Positions 19,101 to 26,547 of a DNA stretch of 64,000 nucleotides are shown piece after piece. The notes below the pieces were generated by a model that was not told where the DNA came from, did not search any database, and saw only the letters and a program-made list of their open reading frames with translations. The number at the start of each line of letters is the position of its first letter. The first letter of the stretch is position 1. Both the position numbers and the translations under genes were made by a program. Source of the stretch: a virus. Location of the stretch: positions 48,632 through 112,631 of the IMG/VR virus record IMGVR_UViG_3300045988_116681, one strand, 5' to 3'.

Positions 19101-20079
19101 AGTCCTTATAGTAATGCTTAATTTCAAATTCTGGAATCTTAGGCAATGCGGGTACACGAGTGGTCTTTTTAATGGTAATAGGCTGAACCTTGTCAGCAAT
19201 CTGATTAGTCGTGTCAAATAATACGTCAATCATTTCGTCATTAAAGCCACTTACATACATTTGTTCTCTAAGTTCTTGCGGAGTAAACAGATAGGTGGTC
19301 TGATAGAACTTCTCAGGTTCACGAGAATCACCGCCGTCTTTAGACTTTAGAAAAGCTGTATGAATCTTTCTATCTTCTGGACGCATGAAATGAGAATCAG
19401 TAGTAACAATAATAGGAATGTTTAACTGTTCATGCAACTTCCACAATGAATTGTTGACCTTAATCTGTTCTTCGTTATCTTCCCAGCAAGGCTGACATTC
19501 AAGATAGAAATTATCCTTGCCAAACGTTCGCCAATTCCACTGAATAAATTCTTTGGCTTTAGCCGTATCGCCAGTAAGAATGCACTTAGGCAAGAACCCG
19601 CCGATACATCCTGTGCTAACCGCCAAATGACCCTTGTCTTTACCTACGACTTCTTCAAAGTCTGAATAAAAACTTGGTCTGCGCAACTGACCTTTGTAAG
19701 TATAGCTTCTAAGCCATGCTCTTGCGGATAATTCATACATTTGCTTTAGACCAATCTCATCCAATACAATTACCAAATAATGCCAATAGTATGGACGGTC
19801 GTTTTCGCTAAAGCGCAGATTATCTTCTTCTTCTGACAGCAAATAAAACTCATTGGCAAAGATATGTTGGAACGGACGCTGTTTGTCCAAAGCATTGTAT
19901 GCTTTTTCAAGTTCTACATATCCGCTTACAGTTTGGTGGTCTGAAATAGCATAACCTCTCAGACCATTTTCATAGCACCAGTTTACACATTTAGGGATAT
20001 TGCAAATAGCGTCAGCAAAACGAAGAACAGCGGAACTGTATTCACTGTGATTGTGTAGTGAAGTATATGTGTTAATCAT
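16150..20079 (-). CDS. dnaE: DNA polymerase III alpha subunit (DnaE-type, PHP domain)
   Basis: 1309 aa. N-terminal PHP motif HNHSEYS, then polymerase core motifs. Confidence 0.9.
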   Translation of the reverse strand: MINTYTSLHNHSEYSSAVLRFADAICNIPKCVNWCYENGLRGYAISDHQTVSGYVELEKAYNALDKQRPFQHIFANEFYLLSEEEDNLRFSENDRPYYWHYLVIVLDEIGLKQMYELSARAWLRSYTYKGQLRRPSFYSDFEEVVGKDKGHLAVSTGCIGGFLPKCILTGDTAKAKEFIQWNWRTFGKDNFYLECQPCWEDNEEQIKVNNSLWKLHEQLNIPIIVTTDSHFMRPEDRKIHTAFLKSKDGGDSREPEKFYQTTYLFTPQELREQMYVSGFNDEMIDVLFDTTNQIADKVQPITIKKTTRVPALPKIPEFEIKHYYKDYYDKFPFVKYYATEGTLNERYYYYQVEKGLYEYNNIHPVNIEEYLAQINIEMEQVKGLGEAFDGECMADYFTVVQKVVDLIWTEGDSYVGIGRGSAGCYLTNKLLNITGIDPMLPETKEFYPWWRFCSIARSESIFDCDIDIQSFKKERIIQAIKDYFGWRRTCQCVTWGRLSAKTALERAATGLGISSDTVGYIKSLIPTVRGSIYSLKDCLYGNEKKGRAPVPEFVAEVKKYGDLLETALAFEGMIVSSGVHAGALNVLQGDYTETGSYMVSSNGAVCSQFNLHDAEYAGDLKFDLLSIDCLQTIRTCMELLLKNGKIEDKGSLRDTYNYYLSYDKLDKTTKEMWDLLPTMASAFQYDSKAGKEALRKIGAQNLTELTLANGLMRLAVADGEQPMDMYVRYRKNINEWYQDMTNYGIPQEEQEILKELLGNYCGLMIAQSTMMSVLMDERVCNFNLKESDKARKAVAKKNAEALAETEERLYRKGAECGRTKAFLDYLWKVQIEMSKSYAFDFSHSNEYSTECLQELNLYYKFPKIYWNAAVVITQAGVEDERDNVANTTDYGKIAGSVYKAKENGISVAPPPANHAEMSFGVDEANNTILFGLGGISSINAEIAQQIITNRPYSSFRDFYSRNSYQGTLITPSKFIQLIKAGCFDEFCPDRMRVMQAYFALSTPRKQTLTTANLAELQRIGCKLPNTLTMPLAFKKYVCSKQFLYGTHPKFKSKKIYWLDERALVFFDSMCRSQLEENVDWWYDEEGRTLVVDKSLEKLFKNVTEELKAYINQPEFLKMYNEQSIKARMRDKLPNMNVNHWSFEALSYYSNEHELACIDADRYNVTTFDKLPTEPVFVTKKYGKREWRQYQLSRIMGTVIARNDAHSTITVLDSNNNVVQARFDNHSYPFYKQQISEQHADGTKTVMDTSWFTRGQGLVLTGYRSEDTFRVKSYKNSIFPHKLQKILTINEDDGTMELQSYRYGYEPKEE

Positions 20080-20596
20080 AATATTTTAGTCCTCTTTCTT
20101 GCCATTCTTTAGGCATTTTAGTAACCCTGTTAAGCCAACGCCAAACTGTTGGTGGATTCATATTGTTGTGTTGTTGACAAAATTCTGGCAGTGAATGATA
20201 AATTATACCGTCACAAACAATGGATTTTTGAACATGAGTTGTTTTAACGTTCTTTCGACCTTTTGCGATACGATGGCAATGCTGTGGTGTATTGTTATTT
20301 TCTGTGCTGGTTGTCCAATACAAATTATCAGCACGATTGTTTGTCCTTATTTCGTCTTTATGCCCTACCTGTGGAAGATGGTCAGGGTTAGGGATAAACG
20401 CTTCAGCAACAATACGATGCAACAAACAAAGTTTCGTTTTTCCGTAATTGCAACGTGCCAATCTTAAACTTACATACTGATTATTTCCAATATAGGTAGA
20501 CATAATTTTGTTTGTAAATAAACTTTTAACTCTACCAAGATTGCTCACTTGATAGAATCCTTCATAACCTACAACGTCTTTCCAAATTTCTTCCAA
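20072..20596 (-). CDS. NUMOD4/HNH_3 homing endonuclease (free-standing; overlaps the dnaE start)
   Basis: EEIWKDVVGYEGFYQVSNLGRVKS (NUMOD4) and HRIVAEAFIPNP..VGHKDEIRTNNRADNLYW (HNH_3). Probable TTG start at 20596, 8 nt after AAGGAGG. Confidence 0.8.
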   Translation of the reverse strand: MEEIWKDVVGYEGFYQVSNLGRVKSLFTNKIMSTYIGNNQYVSLRLARCNYGKTKLCLLHRIVAEAFIPNPDHLPQVGHKDEIRTNNRADNLYWTTSTENNNTPQHCHRIAKGRKNVKTTHVQKSIVCDGIIYHSLPEFCQQHNNMNPPTVWRWLNRVTKMPKEWQERGLKYYD

Positions 20597-20645
20597 TATC
20601 AACCCCTCCTTAAAACAAAAATGGGAATAGCTTTTCACTACTCCC

Positions 20646-20674
20646 ATTCTATCACATATCTATTTACTTGTCAA
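20646..20674 (-). promoter_or_regulatory. sigma-A-type promoter
   Basis: TTGACA-17-TAGAAT with TGTGA upstream of the -10. Confidence 0.6.
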
Positions 20675-21053
20675 GAAGTTCTAACATCATTTTTCTAAGT
20701 TTTCTGAGTTCGTCACCGCAAGCGTTCAATGCACAAAAAGCACTGTTAACTTTACGAGCAACTTTTTCATACTGCTCCAACATAGCGCTCTTGTCTGGAT
20801 TCAATGTATTCTCTCCAATCTTATCAAAAGTTTTGTTTAGATTGTCAATCTGTCCCACCCACGCATAATCGGTATATGAATAAATAGTTTCAGAATCATT
20901 TTTATTTGCAACATTAACAGTAAAATCAAGGGGCTGTAAATCAAGCCGAATTTCTCCAAATTTTCTATAAGTGTAATAAAAATTTACAATTCTATATCTA
21001 ACGCCTTCTTTAGTAACAACAATATCACCAACGTGAATATCATTAAGATTCAT
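20664..21053 (-). CDS. hypothetical protein
   Basis: ATG at 21053 follows AAGGAGAA. Confidence 0.55.
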   Translation of the reverse strand: MNLNDIHVGDIVVTKEGVRYRIVNFYYTYRKFGEIRLDLQPLDFTVNVANKNDSETIYSYTDYAWVGQIDNLNKTFDKIGENTLNPDKSAMLEQYEKVARKVNSAFCALNACGDELRKLRKMMLELLDK

Positions 21054-21066
21054 TATAATATTCTCC

Positions 21067-21411
21067 TTAAAATTTACTGTGCGCCATGTTATAAGCATTT
21101 ACTTGTCTTTCCAAGTAATTAACACATTCAGTTAAATTAGCGACTTGTTCCTGCAAAGCCTTGAAATCGCTCATACTAACCGTCTGTAGATTTTCGCCAC
21201 CAACAGACTCAAAATACTTATACATATCTTTTTCAAGACCGTGCCATTCAATGCGCTTGCCAATATAATCACCAAATCTATCGCCAGTATCGTCTGGCTT
21301 AATACGAAGGTCGTACCAAACTTCACCGTGATGACTCTGCATCTCAACCTTGGTAACTGTTCCTTTTGCGCCTTCGATAGTCTTAATTCCCATGCCTTCA
21401 CGAATATTCAT
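21067..21411 (-). CDS. hypothetical protein
   Basis: 114-aa ORF behind GGAGGC. Confidence 0.55.
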   Translation of the reverse strand: MNIREGMGIKTIEGAKGTVTKVEMQSHHGEVWYDLRIKPDDTGDRFGDYIGKRIEWHGLEKDMYKYFESVGGENLQTVSMSDFKALQEQVANLTECVNYLERQVNAYNMAHSKF

Positions 21412-21414
21412 TGA

Positions 21415-22284
21415 TTATGCCTCCAACAGCTTATGTGTTAACGTCCAATTATAACGTCTTACTTCAGCACACTTCTTGTTATATTCTTCTCGCGCTTTCT
21501 TGCTACGAGCATAATTGTCTGGATATTTAGGTCTGTCCATCAGCATTTTCTTATTACAGCACTCGCTATCTACATATACCTTGCCGTCACGCACCCACAA
21601 TTCCTTATCAGCAATGTTATCTACCTCTTTGAAAGCGTCCAGATACTTCTTTCTATCTATTGCACTAAAACCTTTACACTTCAAATATTGACACGCTTCA
21701 CACACAGAATATTCTTCATCGGACAGTGCTAACCTTTGTTCAGCGCAAAACTGCCTATAAGCAATATACTTTTCACACGCTTCATAGGTAGAGAACATCT
21801 CGTTCTCATAGCATTTAATGCTATCAGCAAGGCTCTTGCCAAAGAATCCAGTATCATGTGCTTGAAACTTCTCAGTGAGGATATAACCATTACCGTCTTT
21901 TTTAGCGTCATGGTCAACATAGAATACGTTCTTATAAGAAATCGGCACAAGCCAACCTTTAACAAGATACTGATATACAGCTTCTTCGTCACGCCAATAA
22001 ATGACAATTTTCATGCTCTCAGGGTAAGCCCAATGCTCTTCGCGCTCATAGGGACAATGCGACTTGTAGGTAAATTCCTTTGCACTGACCTTACAAGATA
22101 CTTGTCCAATTTCATACCAAGGCTTACCATTGATGTAAGTTTCGATGTTAGGCACAATACGCTTTAGACCTTCGTCAGTTAAGTAAACGCACATTGGTTT
22201 AACATTGCCACGAATATAACTGTAATTCATTGCATCATTACAAATATTAGGGATATAATAGATGTTCTTTTTTACGATTTCCAT
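21415..22284 (-). CDS. hypothetical protein
   Basis: ATG at 22284 lies 8 nt after AAGGAGAG and is the first gene after the promoter. Confidence 0.6.
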   Translation of the reverse strand: MEIVKKNIYYIPNICNDAMNYSYIRGNVKPMCVYLTDEGLKRIVPNIETYINGKPWYEIGQVSCKVSAKEFTYKSHCPYEREEHWAYPESMKIVIYWRDEEAVYQYLVKGWLVPISYKNVFYVDHDAKKDGNGYILTEKFQAHDTGFFGKSLADSIKCYENEMFSTYEACEKYIAYRQFCAEQRLALSDEEYSVCEACQYLKCKGFSAIDRKKYLDAFKEVDNIADKELWVRDGKVYVDSECCNKKMLMDRPKYPDNYARSKKAREEYNKKCAEVRRYNWTLTHKLLEA

Positions 22285-22308
22285 AGTTTTCACTCTCCTT
22301 GTGTGATT

Positions 22309-22337
22309 ATTGTATCACATAGCGTGCACGGTGTCAA
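22309..22337 (-). promoter_or_regulatory. sigma-A-type promoter
   Basis: TTGACA-17-TACAAT. Confidence 0.7.
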
Positions 22338-22345
22338 GACTTTTC

Positions 22346-22555
22346 TTAGTCAATATAAATTTTGAAAATAGGTCGAGTCCACCAATCTGTATTTAGACCC
22401 ACACGTTCTACAAAATGGTTGGCAAACAATGCTCGGTAGTCTACACTCTCAAGAATTTTTTCTTTTGTACCGTCAAATAAAAGTCCACTTTCCCCGTAAA
22501 TTTCAATATTGTGAATATCTTCGGACAATGCAAGCAATTCACTTAATCTAAGCAT
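22346..22555 (-). CDS. hypothetical protein
   Basis: ATG at 22555 lies 2 nt after the deaminase TGA. Confidence 0.45.
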   Translation of the reverse strand: MLRLSELLALSEDIHNIEIYGESGLLFDGTKEKILESVDYRALFANHFVERVGLNTDWWTRPIFKIYID

Positions 22556-22556
22556 A

Positions 22557-22979
22557 TCAATCAATCCTTTCTTCAGCCGTGCCAAAGTTAGTAGTATAAA
22601 CTACTCTTTTAACACCTAAACTCTTAATCATCTTCATACACCCAGCACACGGTCTTGCCATGCCATTCTCACCATCACATTTTCTCTTACGAGCAATGTA
22701 GACCGTTACTTTAGACCATTCAATTTCTTCGTTAAGCAGTGGGGCGAGTGCGTGTATCTCTGCGTGAAGATAATGCGGTTTATCATCTTCTGGGAAACGC
22801 TCTCTATTATATTTCTTCTGCAAGGGGTGTGTCTTGCAAGTATTGAACGCTGTGTTAAGCACTGTGTTCTTCTGTGCCACTACACATCCCATATGGTATC
22901 TGCCATAGTCACTGCATTCAGCAATAGACAAGGCATGAGCCAGCATTTTCTTATCGTTCTTGTTCATAAAATTAGCCAC
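22557..22979 (-). CDS. dCMP deaminase (ComEB/cytidine-deaminase fold)
   Basis: Zinc motifs HAEIHAL and PCAGCMKMI. Confidence 0.85.
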   Translation of the reverse strand: MANFMNKNDKKMLAHALSIAECSDYGRYHMGCVVAQKNTVLNTAFNTCKTHPLQKKYNRERFPEDDKPHYLHAEIHALAPLLNEEIEWSKVTVYIARKRKCDGENGMARPCAGCMKMIKSLGVKRVVYTTNFGTAEERID

Positions 22980-23155
22980 TTAATTATACTACACCAATAA
23001 AAAATCCAGAGAATGATGATAGATAAAGAAGCAAAGATAATAATACTCCAACTTCTATCACGGCAATAATACTCCCATTCATCACGGATTGTCCATATTG
23101 CATTTACAGTCATAAAAATCAATGCAAATAAAGGGAAAGAAAAAAGAACAAACAT
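22964..23155 (-). CDS. small membrane protein
   Basis: 63 aa with two hydrophobic helices, behind GAGGTGA. Confidence 0.5.
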   Translation of the reverse strand: MFVLFSFPLFALIFMTVNAIWTIRDEWEYYCRDRSWSIIIFASLSIIILWIFYWCSIIKWLIL

Positions 23156-23174
23156 TTATAATTTCACCTCACAA

Positions 23175-23387
23175 TTAACATACCCAAAGAATAACCCATG
23201 CAACCATGCACAACAGAACAATATACCATTCAATCCAATTTCCCCAGAACAGTACGGGTGTTTGGTGCTTTCTAAGCCAATACTTCATATCTTTCCATAC
23301 ATTATATGAACTAAGACCAAAAGCAAGCAAGAGAATTGGAACAACAGCCCAACGAATAAACTCTACAAAAATACCATCATTCATCAT
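23175..23387 (-). CDS. small membrane protein
   Basis: Hydrophobic. ATG at 23387 directly follows the upstream TGA. Confidence 0.5.
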   Translation of the reverse strand: MMNDGIFVEFIRWAVVPILLLAFGLSSYNVWKDMKYWLRKHQTPVLFWGNWIEWYIVLLCMVAWVILWVC

Positions 23388-23389
23388 TA

Positions 23390-23734
23390 TCACTCCCAAT
23401 CAATCAGCACTTCGATATATCTCATTCTACACTGGTCATTCGGCACATCACCAGACACGACCCTATATCCCTTTTGCTCAAGCGCTCTCATAAGCCGCTG
23501 TTCAGCCAGTACAGAAATGAGGTTAGCATTGTACACGATACGAGGATTGACCGCTTGAGCATCGTTAATGCGCTTCATCATTTCAATGTGCATAGTGCTC
23601 TTGAGATAAGAATAACCGCTTACATCCTTAAAGCCCTGCTTACCCTTAGATAGATTGTTAAAGATACCGATATTCTTACGAATCATCTTCATATATTCTT
23701 CCTTAGTTGGAAGTACGTTATAACTGTTTGCCAT
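23390..23734 (-). CDS. hypothetical protein
   Basis: 114-aa ORF behind GGAGAT. Confidence 0.55.
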   Translation of the reverse strand: MANSYNVLPTKEEYMKMIRKNIGIFNNLSKGKQGFKDVSGYSYLKSTMHIEMMKRINDAQAVNPRIVYNANLISVLAEQRLMRALEQKGYRVVSGDVPNDQCRMRYIEVLIDWE

Positions 23735-23744
23735 GATTATCTCC

Positions 23745-23909
23745 TTATCCCTTAAAATAAATAAATGTAAATACCATACCTAAGAATGAAATAGCAAAAG
23801 GAACAACGCATACTGCAACTTCTTCACGGCTGAGTCCTACCGCTTTAAGTATGGTCATATAAACAAAGATAACGCCCATAGCCATCATTCCAATAATCAC
23901 ATTTGCCAT
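23745..23909 (-). CDS. small membrane protein (54 aa; below the track cutoff)
   Basis: My own translation gives MANVIIGMMAMGVIFVYMTILK.. behind GGAGGAA. Its stop lies inside the next gene's SD. Confidence 0.45.
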   Translation of the reverse strand: MANVIIGMMAMGVIFVYMTILKAVGLSREEVAVCVVPFAISFLGMVFTFIYFKG

Positions 23910-23911
23910 GT

Positions 23912-24130
23912 TTATTCCTCCGCCTTTACAATAAAACTTTTCTCAACAAGCCATGTATGATTATCCGAAGTGCCGCTATCTTCACCCCAATTTACGAGAA
24001 CCATTTTTTTATCCACCGTTGTCACTACCTTACCAATTACTGTACAATCGGGATAGAACTCAGGAAAAGCAATGTGCGCTACATCGTCCTTCATACGCAC
24101 TTTATCGCCAACACAAAACCAAGTTTCCAT
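23912..24130 (-). CDS. hypothetical protein (SH3-like DUF4314-type fold suspected)
   Basis: The GDKVRMKDD..GKVV..VNWGEDSG pattern is repeated in the 28244 protein. Confidence 0.5.
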   Translation of the reverse strand: METWFCVGDKVRMKDDVAHIAFPEFYPDCTVIGKVVTTVDKKMVLVNWGEDSGTSDNHTWLVEKSFIVKAEE

Positions 24131-24142
24131 ATTTATTCTCCT

Positions 24143-24469
24143 TTATTCACGTTCAACATGATAGTTCATACCTGCTCTAAAAGATTCAATCAACAAATCC
24201 TTAATGATTTCTTGTTCTTTTGCGCTGAAATTCTTTAGGACATTATCGTTAATGTTCTTTTCAATATAGTCCCATGACTCTGCTTTAGGTAATAAAACAT
24301 AAGGCTTTAATTTCTCTTCATCACACCAATGATTAAACTTTTCTCCTGTGACGAAATAATCATATCCACGACCATCATAGCTTACTTGGGTAACAATTCC
24401 CAGCGGAATTTTTGAGCGTTCTGACACTTCTTTGGTTACTTTATCGCCAATCTTAAACTTCGCTTTCAT
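24143..24469 (-). CDS. hypothetical protein
   Basis: 108-aa ORF behind GGAGGTTG. Confidence 0.55.
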   Translation of the reverse strand: MKAKFKIGDKVTKEVSERSKIPLGIVTQVSYDGRGYDYFVTGEKFNHWCDEEKLKPYVLLPKAESWDYIEKNINDNVLKNFSAKEQEIIKDLLIESFRAGMNYHVERE

Positions 24470-24487
24470 AAAAACAACCTCCTTAAA

Positions 24488-24655
24488 TTAACCAAAAAGA
24501 TAGTACACAGTAACAAGAGAAGTTACAAAATACATAATTAAAACACATCCAAAAATAAGTGCGTATTCTGAAGTAATAGCTAAATATAACAGCACTGCAA
24601 AAATAATAGTCCACAGCGAAATACCTAACGAAACCATAATAATTGTACCTACCAT
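24488..24655 (-). CDS. small membrane protein (55 aa)
   Basis: GGAGG, then 8 nt, then ATG 24655. It translates to MVGTIIMVSLGISLWTIIFAVLLYL... I prefer it over the overlapping Y/F/C-rich track ORF 24483..24695, which begins inside the promoter. Confidence 0.45.
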   Translation of the reverse strand: MVGTIIMVSLGISLWTIIFAVLLYLAITSEYALIFGCVLIMYFVTSLVTVYYLFG

Positions 24656-24685
24656 AAAAAAATAACCTCCTTTGTTTATGTATCA

Positions 24686-24714
24686 ATGATACCACAAAGG
24701 AAGTTGTCTGTCAA
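24686..24714 (-). promoter_or_regulatory. sigma-A-type promoter with a conserved upstream A/T module
   Basis: TTGACA-17-TATCAT, preceded by ATAAAATTTCATAAAA. The same module occurs at 29856 and 40471. Confidence 0.6.
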
Positions 24715-24730
24715 GGGATTTTATGAAATT

Positions 24731-25216
24731 TTATCTCAATCCGTAGATTGTTTGAATTACTGGTGCGGGGAAATGCTCTGTATCATATTGGGATAAATAT
24801 ACTTCGTCAAGTTTAACTGAAGAATCAAGCCTTGAAGTCGAATCACTGTAAATATTTCCTTGAGCATCATAAGCAAGACCTTGAATCACTGTGTTCCACC
24901 ATCTCCAAGAGGTCGTTCCAACACATTGTGTACATCTATTAAATGTCATACAAAAACTATTATCTTCAGTAAACAAATGATTGCCACGATACGAGTAAAT
25001 AAACAAATAATATGAGTTTGAAGTAAGAGCGACATATTGTAAAGCCACGCCCTTAGGTACAGTAACAACATTCATTACAGAAGCGTAAGAATCATAGTCA
25101 ACAAAATGTGAATAAGTGCCTGTGCTTGTGATTTCTCGCTGACCAATAATATTCCAACCCAATCCATTAGAAGCGGGTGGAGTATAAGCATCTGAAAGCA
25201 TTACTTTTGCGTTCAT
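24731..25216 (-). CDS. hypothetical 161-aa protein, downstream partner of B4
   Basis: ATG at 25216 (MNAKVML..) sits in an ATGA context. It is the end point of the stop-free -1 frame that runs across B4. Confidence 0.6.
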   Translation of the reverse strand: MNAKVMLSDAYTPPASNGLGWNIIGQREITSTGTYSHFVDYDSYASVMNVVTVPKGVALQYVALTSNSYYLFIYSYRGNHLFTEDNSFCMTFNRCTQCVGTTSWRWWNTVIQGLAYDAQGNIYSDSTSRLDSSVKLDEVYLSQYDTEHFPAPVIQTIYGLR

Positions 25217-25238
25217 GCTACCACCCCGCTTTCGGAGT

Positions 25239-25544
25239 TTAGTGGAATAATAGCACTTGGATTCCATACCAATTTGTGAGACAATTCAAAGTAATATCGT
25301 GTTCTGTTATGCTGACAACCATCCGATTTGCGTTTTGAGTATAAAAATAGCCTGATTGCACAAAGGTTTCTGCAACGTATTCTGTTGATAAAGAAGGATA
25401 CAAACTTCCGCTTACCACAATCATTTTCACAGGAGCGTTGAGAGGAATCACTTTGTTGATACCCTGCTCTAATTCCCCTATTTCGACTGTTGTTACTTGA
25501 AGTGCTGTACCTTCCAACATTTCCTTCATTACTTTTGCATCCAT
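25239..25544 (-). CDS. family B small protein (B4)
   Basis: MDAKVMKEMLEG... It is a paralog of the proteins at 32610, 34998 and 40870. Confidence 0.6.
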   Translation of the reverse strand: MDAKVMKEMLEGTALQVTTVEIGELEQGINKVIPLNAPVKMIVVSGSLYPSLSTEYVAETFVQSGYFYTQNANRMVVSITEHDITLNCLTNWYGIQVLLFH

Positions 25545-25552
25545 TACTTACG

Positions 25553-25559
25553 CCCCCCC
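25553..25559 (-). repeat. G7 homopolymer 8 nt upstream of the B4 ATG
   Basis: Sense strand reads TTCAGTT-G7-CGTAAGTA-ATG. Confidence 0.95.
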
Positions 25560-25611
25560 AACTGAACGAGAAGTTTGTAAGTTGTGAGCGTCAGGAGGAT
25601 TGCTTACGCGC

Positions 25612-25656
25612 TCAACGTAAGCCCCCCCCCAGTGAAACAATGGTTTGGTTCTTCAT
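25612..25656 (-). CDS. leader ORF L6 (14 aa as assembled) containing a G9 tract
   Basis: AAGGAGG, 9 nt, then ATG. It translates to MKNQTIVSLGGGLR*, and the stop lies inside the hairpin GCTTACG-ttgagcg-CGTAAGC. Confidence 0.45.
   Translation of the reverse strand: MKNQTIVSLGGGLR
25622..25630 (-). repeat. G9 homopolymer in leader ORF L6
   Basis: Counted C9 on the plus strand. Confidence 0.95.
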
Positions 25657-25689
25657 AGACCAAATCCTCCTTTATAAAATATATTAACC

Positions 25690-26547
25690 TCACATAAAAG
25701 CAGAGGTTTGAATCTTAGTAACCATGTTGCTTAGAGCAACAGCAAGTTCTTGCCTTGTTACTTGCTTAGTAGGATTGAACTTACCGTGATTATCGCCCTG
25801 CATAACGCCATACTTTGTTACGATTTCAACAGCGTCACGCGCCCAATCGTCAACATTATCCTTATCTTCGTACATCGCCAAAGGGTCTTTCTTTAGGTAA
25901 ACGCAAAATGCGCTATCAACCTTGCGATTCTCAGAAGGATTGTTTACAACCTTGCCGTTGTGTAGCTTTCTTACGCTACCACCGCCATCAAGGTTCATAG
26001 CATAAACTGCATGATATTGTAGAAAAATTGCAGTCATTTGCTCAAAAGTCATACCGGGCTTATCTACGGTCAGCACAAGAACATTACCAGTCTCAGTAAT
26101 GCCAATAGCGGTACGAGCCGTTCTGTAATTCAGTGTCTTAGCATTGCCATATTCCTTGTTTGCCTTGCCGTCAATAACCAGCATAGGATAAGCGGTCATA
26201 AAGTCGCGCCATTCCTTTTCGTTATCCTTGCCATACTGTAGCGTCTGCGCCTTATAGCAAGTAGTACCCATGCCTACAAAGCCGTTCTTATAGTTTTGCT
26301 CAGTGTACATAGACACGAACGACATGACATTGTGCCCTGTTTTCATATCAAACAAACCGCCATTTACCATGATGTTCGGCTTGTTCTCGGCACGATTATA
26401 GTAATGCTCAAGCATCTCTGTCGGCTCTGCCAACTTACAGAACCTTACTTCTTGAATGCTGTCAAAAGGGATAATATCAAGCTGTGTGTATTCATTTACA
26501 CGCACAGTCTGAAAAGACATATATTCATTCAAAACAAATCTCTCCAA
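25690..26547 (-). CDS. phosphodiester glycosidase (NAGPA-like) with a C-terminal SLH domain
   Basis: AMNLDGGGS is the phosphodiester glycosidase signature. The C-terminal DDWARDAVEIVTKYGVMQG..FNPTKQVTRQELAVAL is SLH-like. The start is uncertain: TTG 26547 or 26532. Confidence 0.65.
   Translation of the reverse strand: MERFVLNEYMSFQTVRVNEYTQLDIIPFDSIQEVRFCKLAEPTEMLEHYYNRAENKPNIMVNGGLFDMKTGHNVMSFVSMYTEQNYKNGFVGMGTTCYKAQTLQYGKDNEKEWRDFMTAYPMLVIDGKANKEYGNAKTLNYRTARTAIGITETGNVLVLTVDKPGMTFEQMTAIFLQYHAVYAMNLDGGGSVRKLHNGKVVNNPSENRKVDSAFCVYLKKDPLAMYEDKDNVDDWARDAVEIVTKYGVMQGDNHGKFNPTKQVTRQELAVALSNMVTKIQTSAFM

Noticed and set aside
24483-24695. Track ORF of 70 aa
   Set aside because: It starts inside the promoter at 24686..24714 and encodes a Y/F/C-rich sequence. 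The overlapping 55-aa frame 24488..24655 has a GGAGG SD and looks like a genuine membrane protein.
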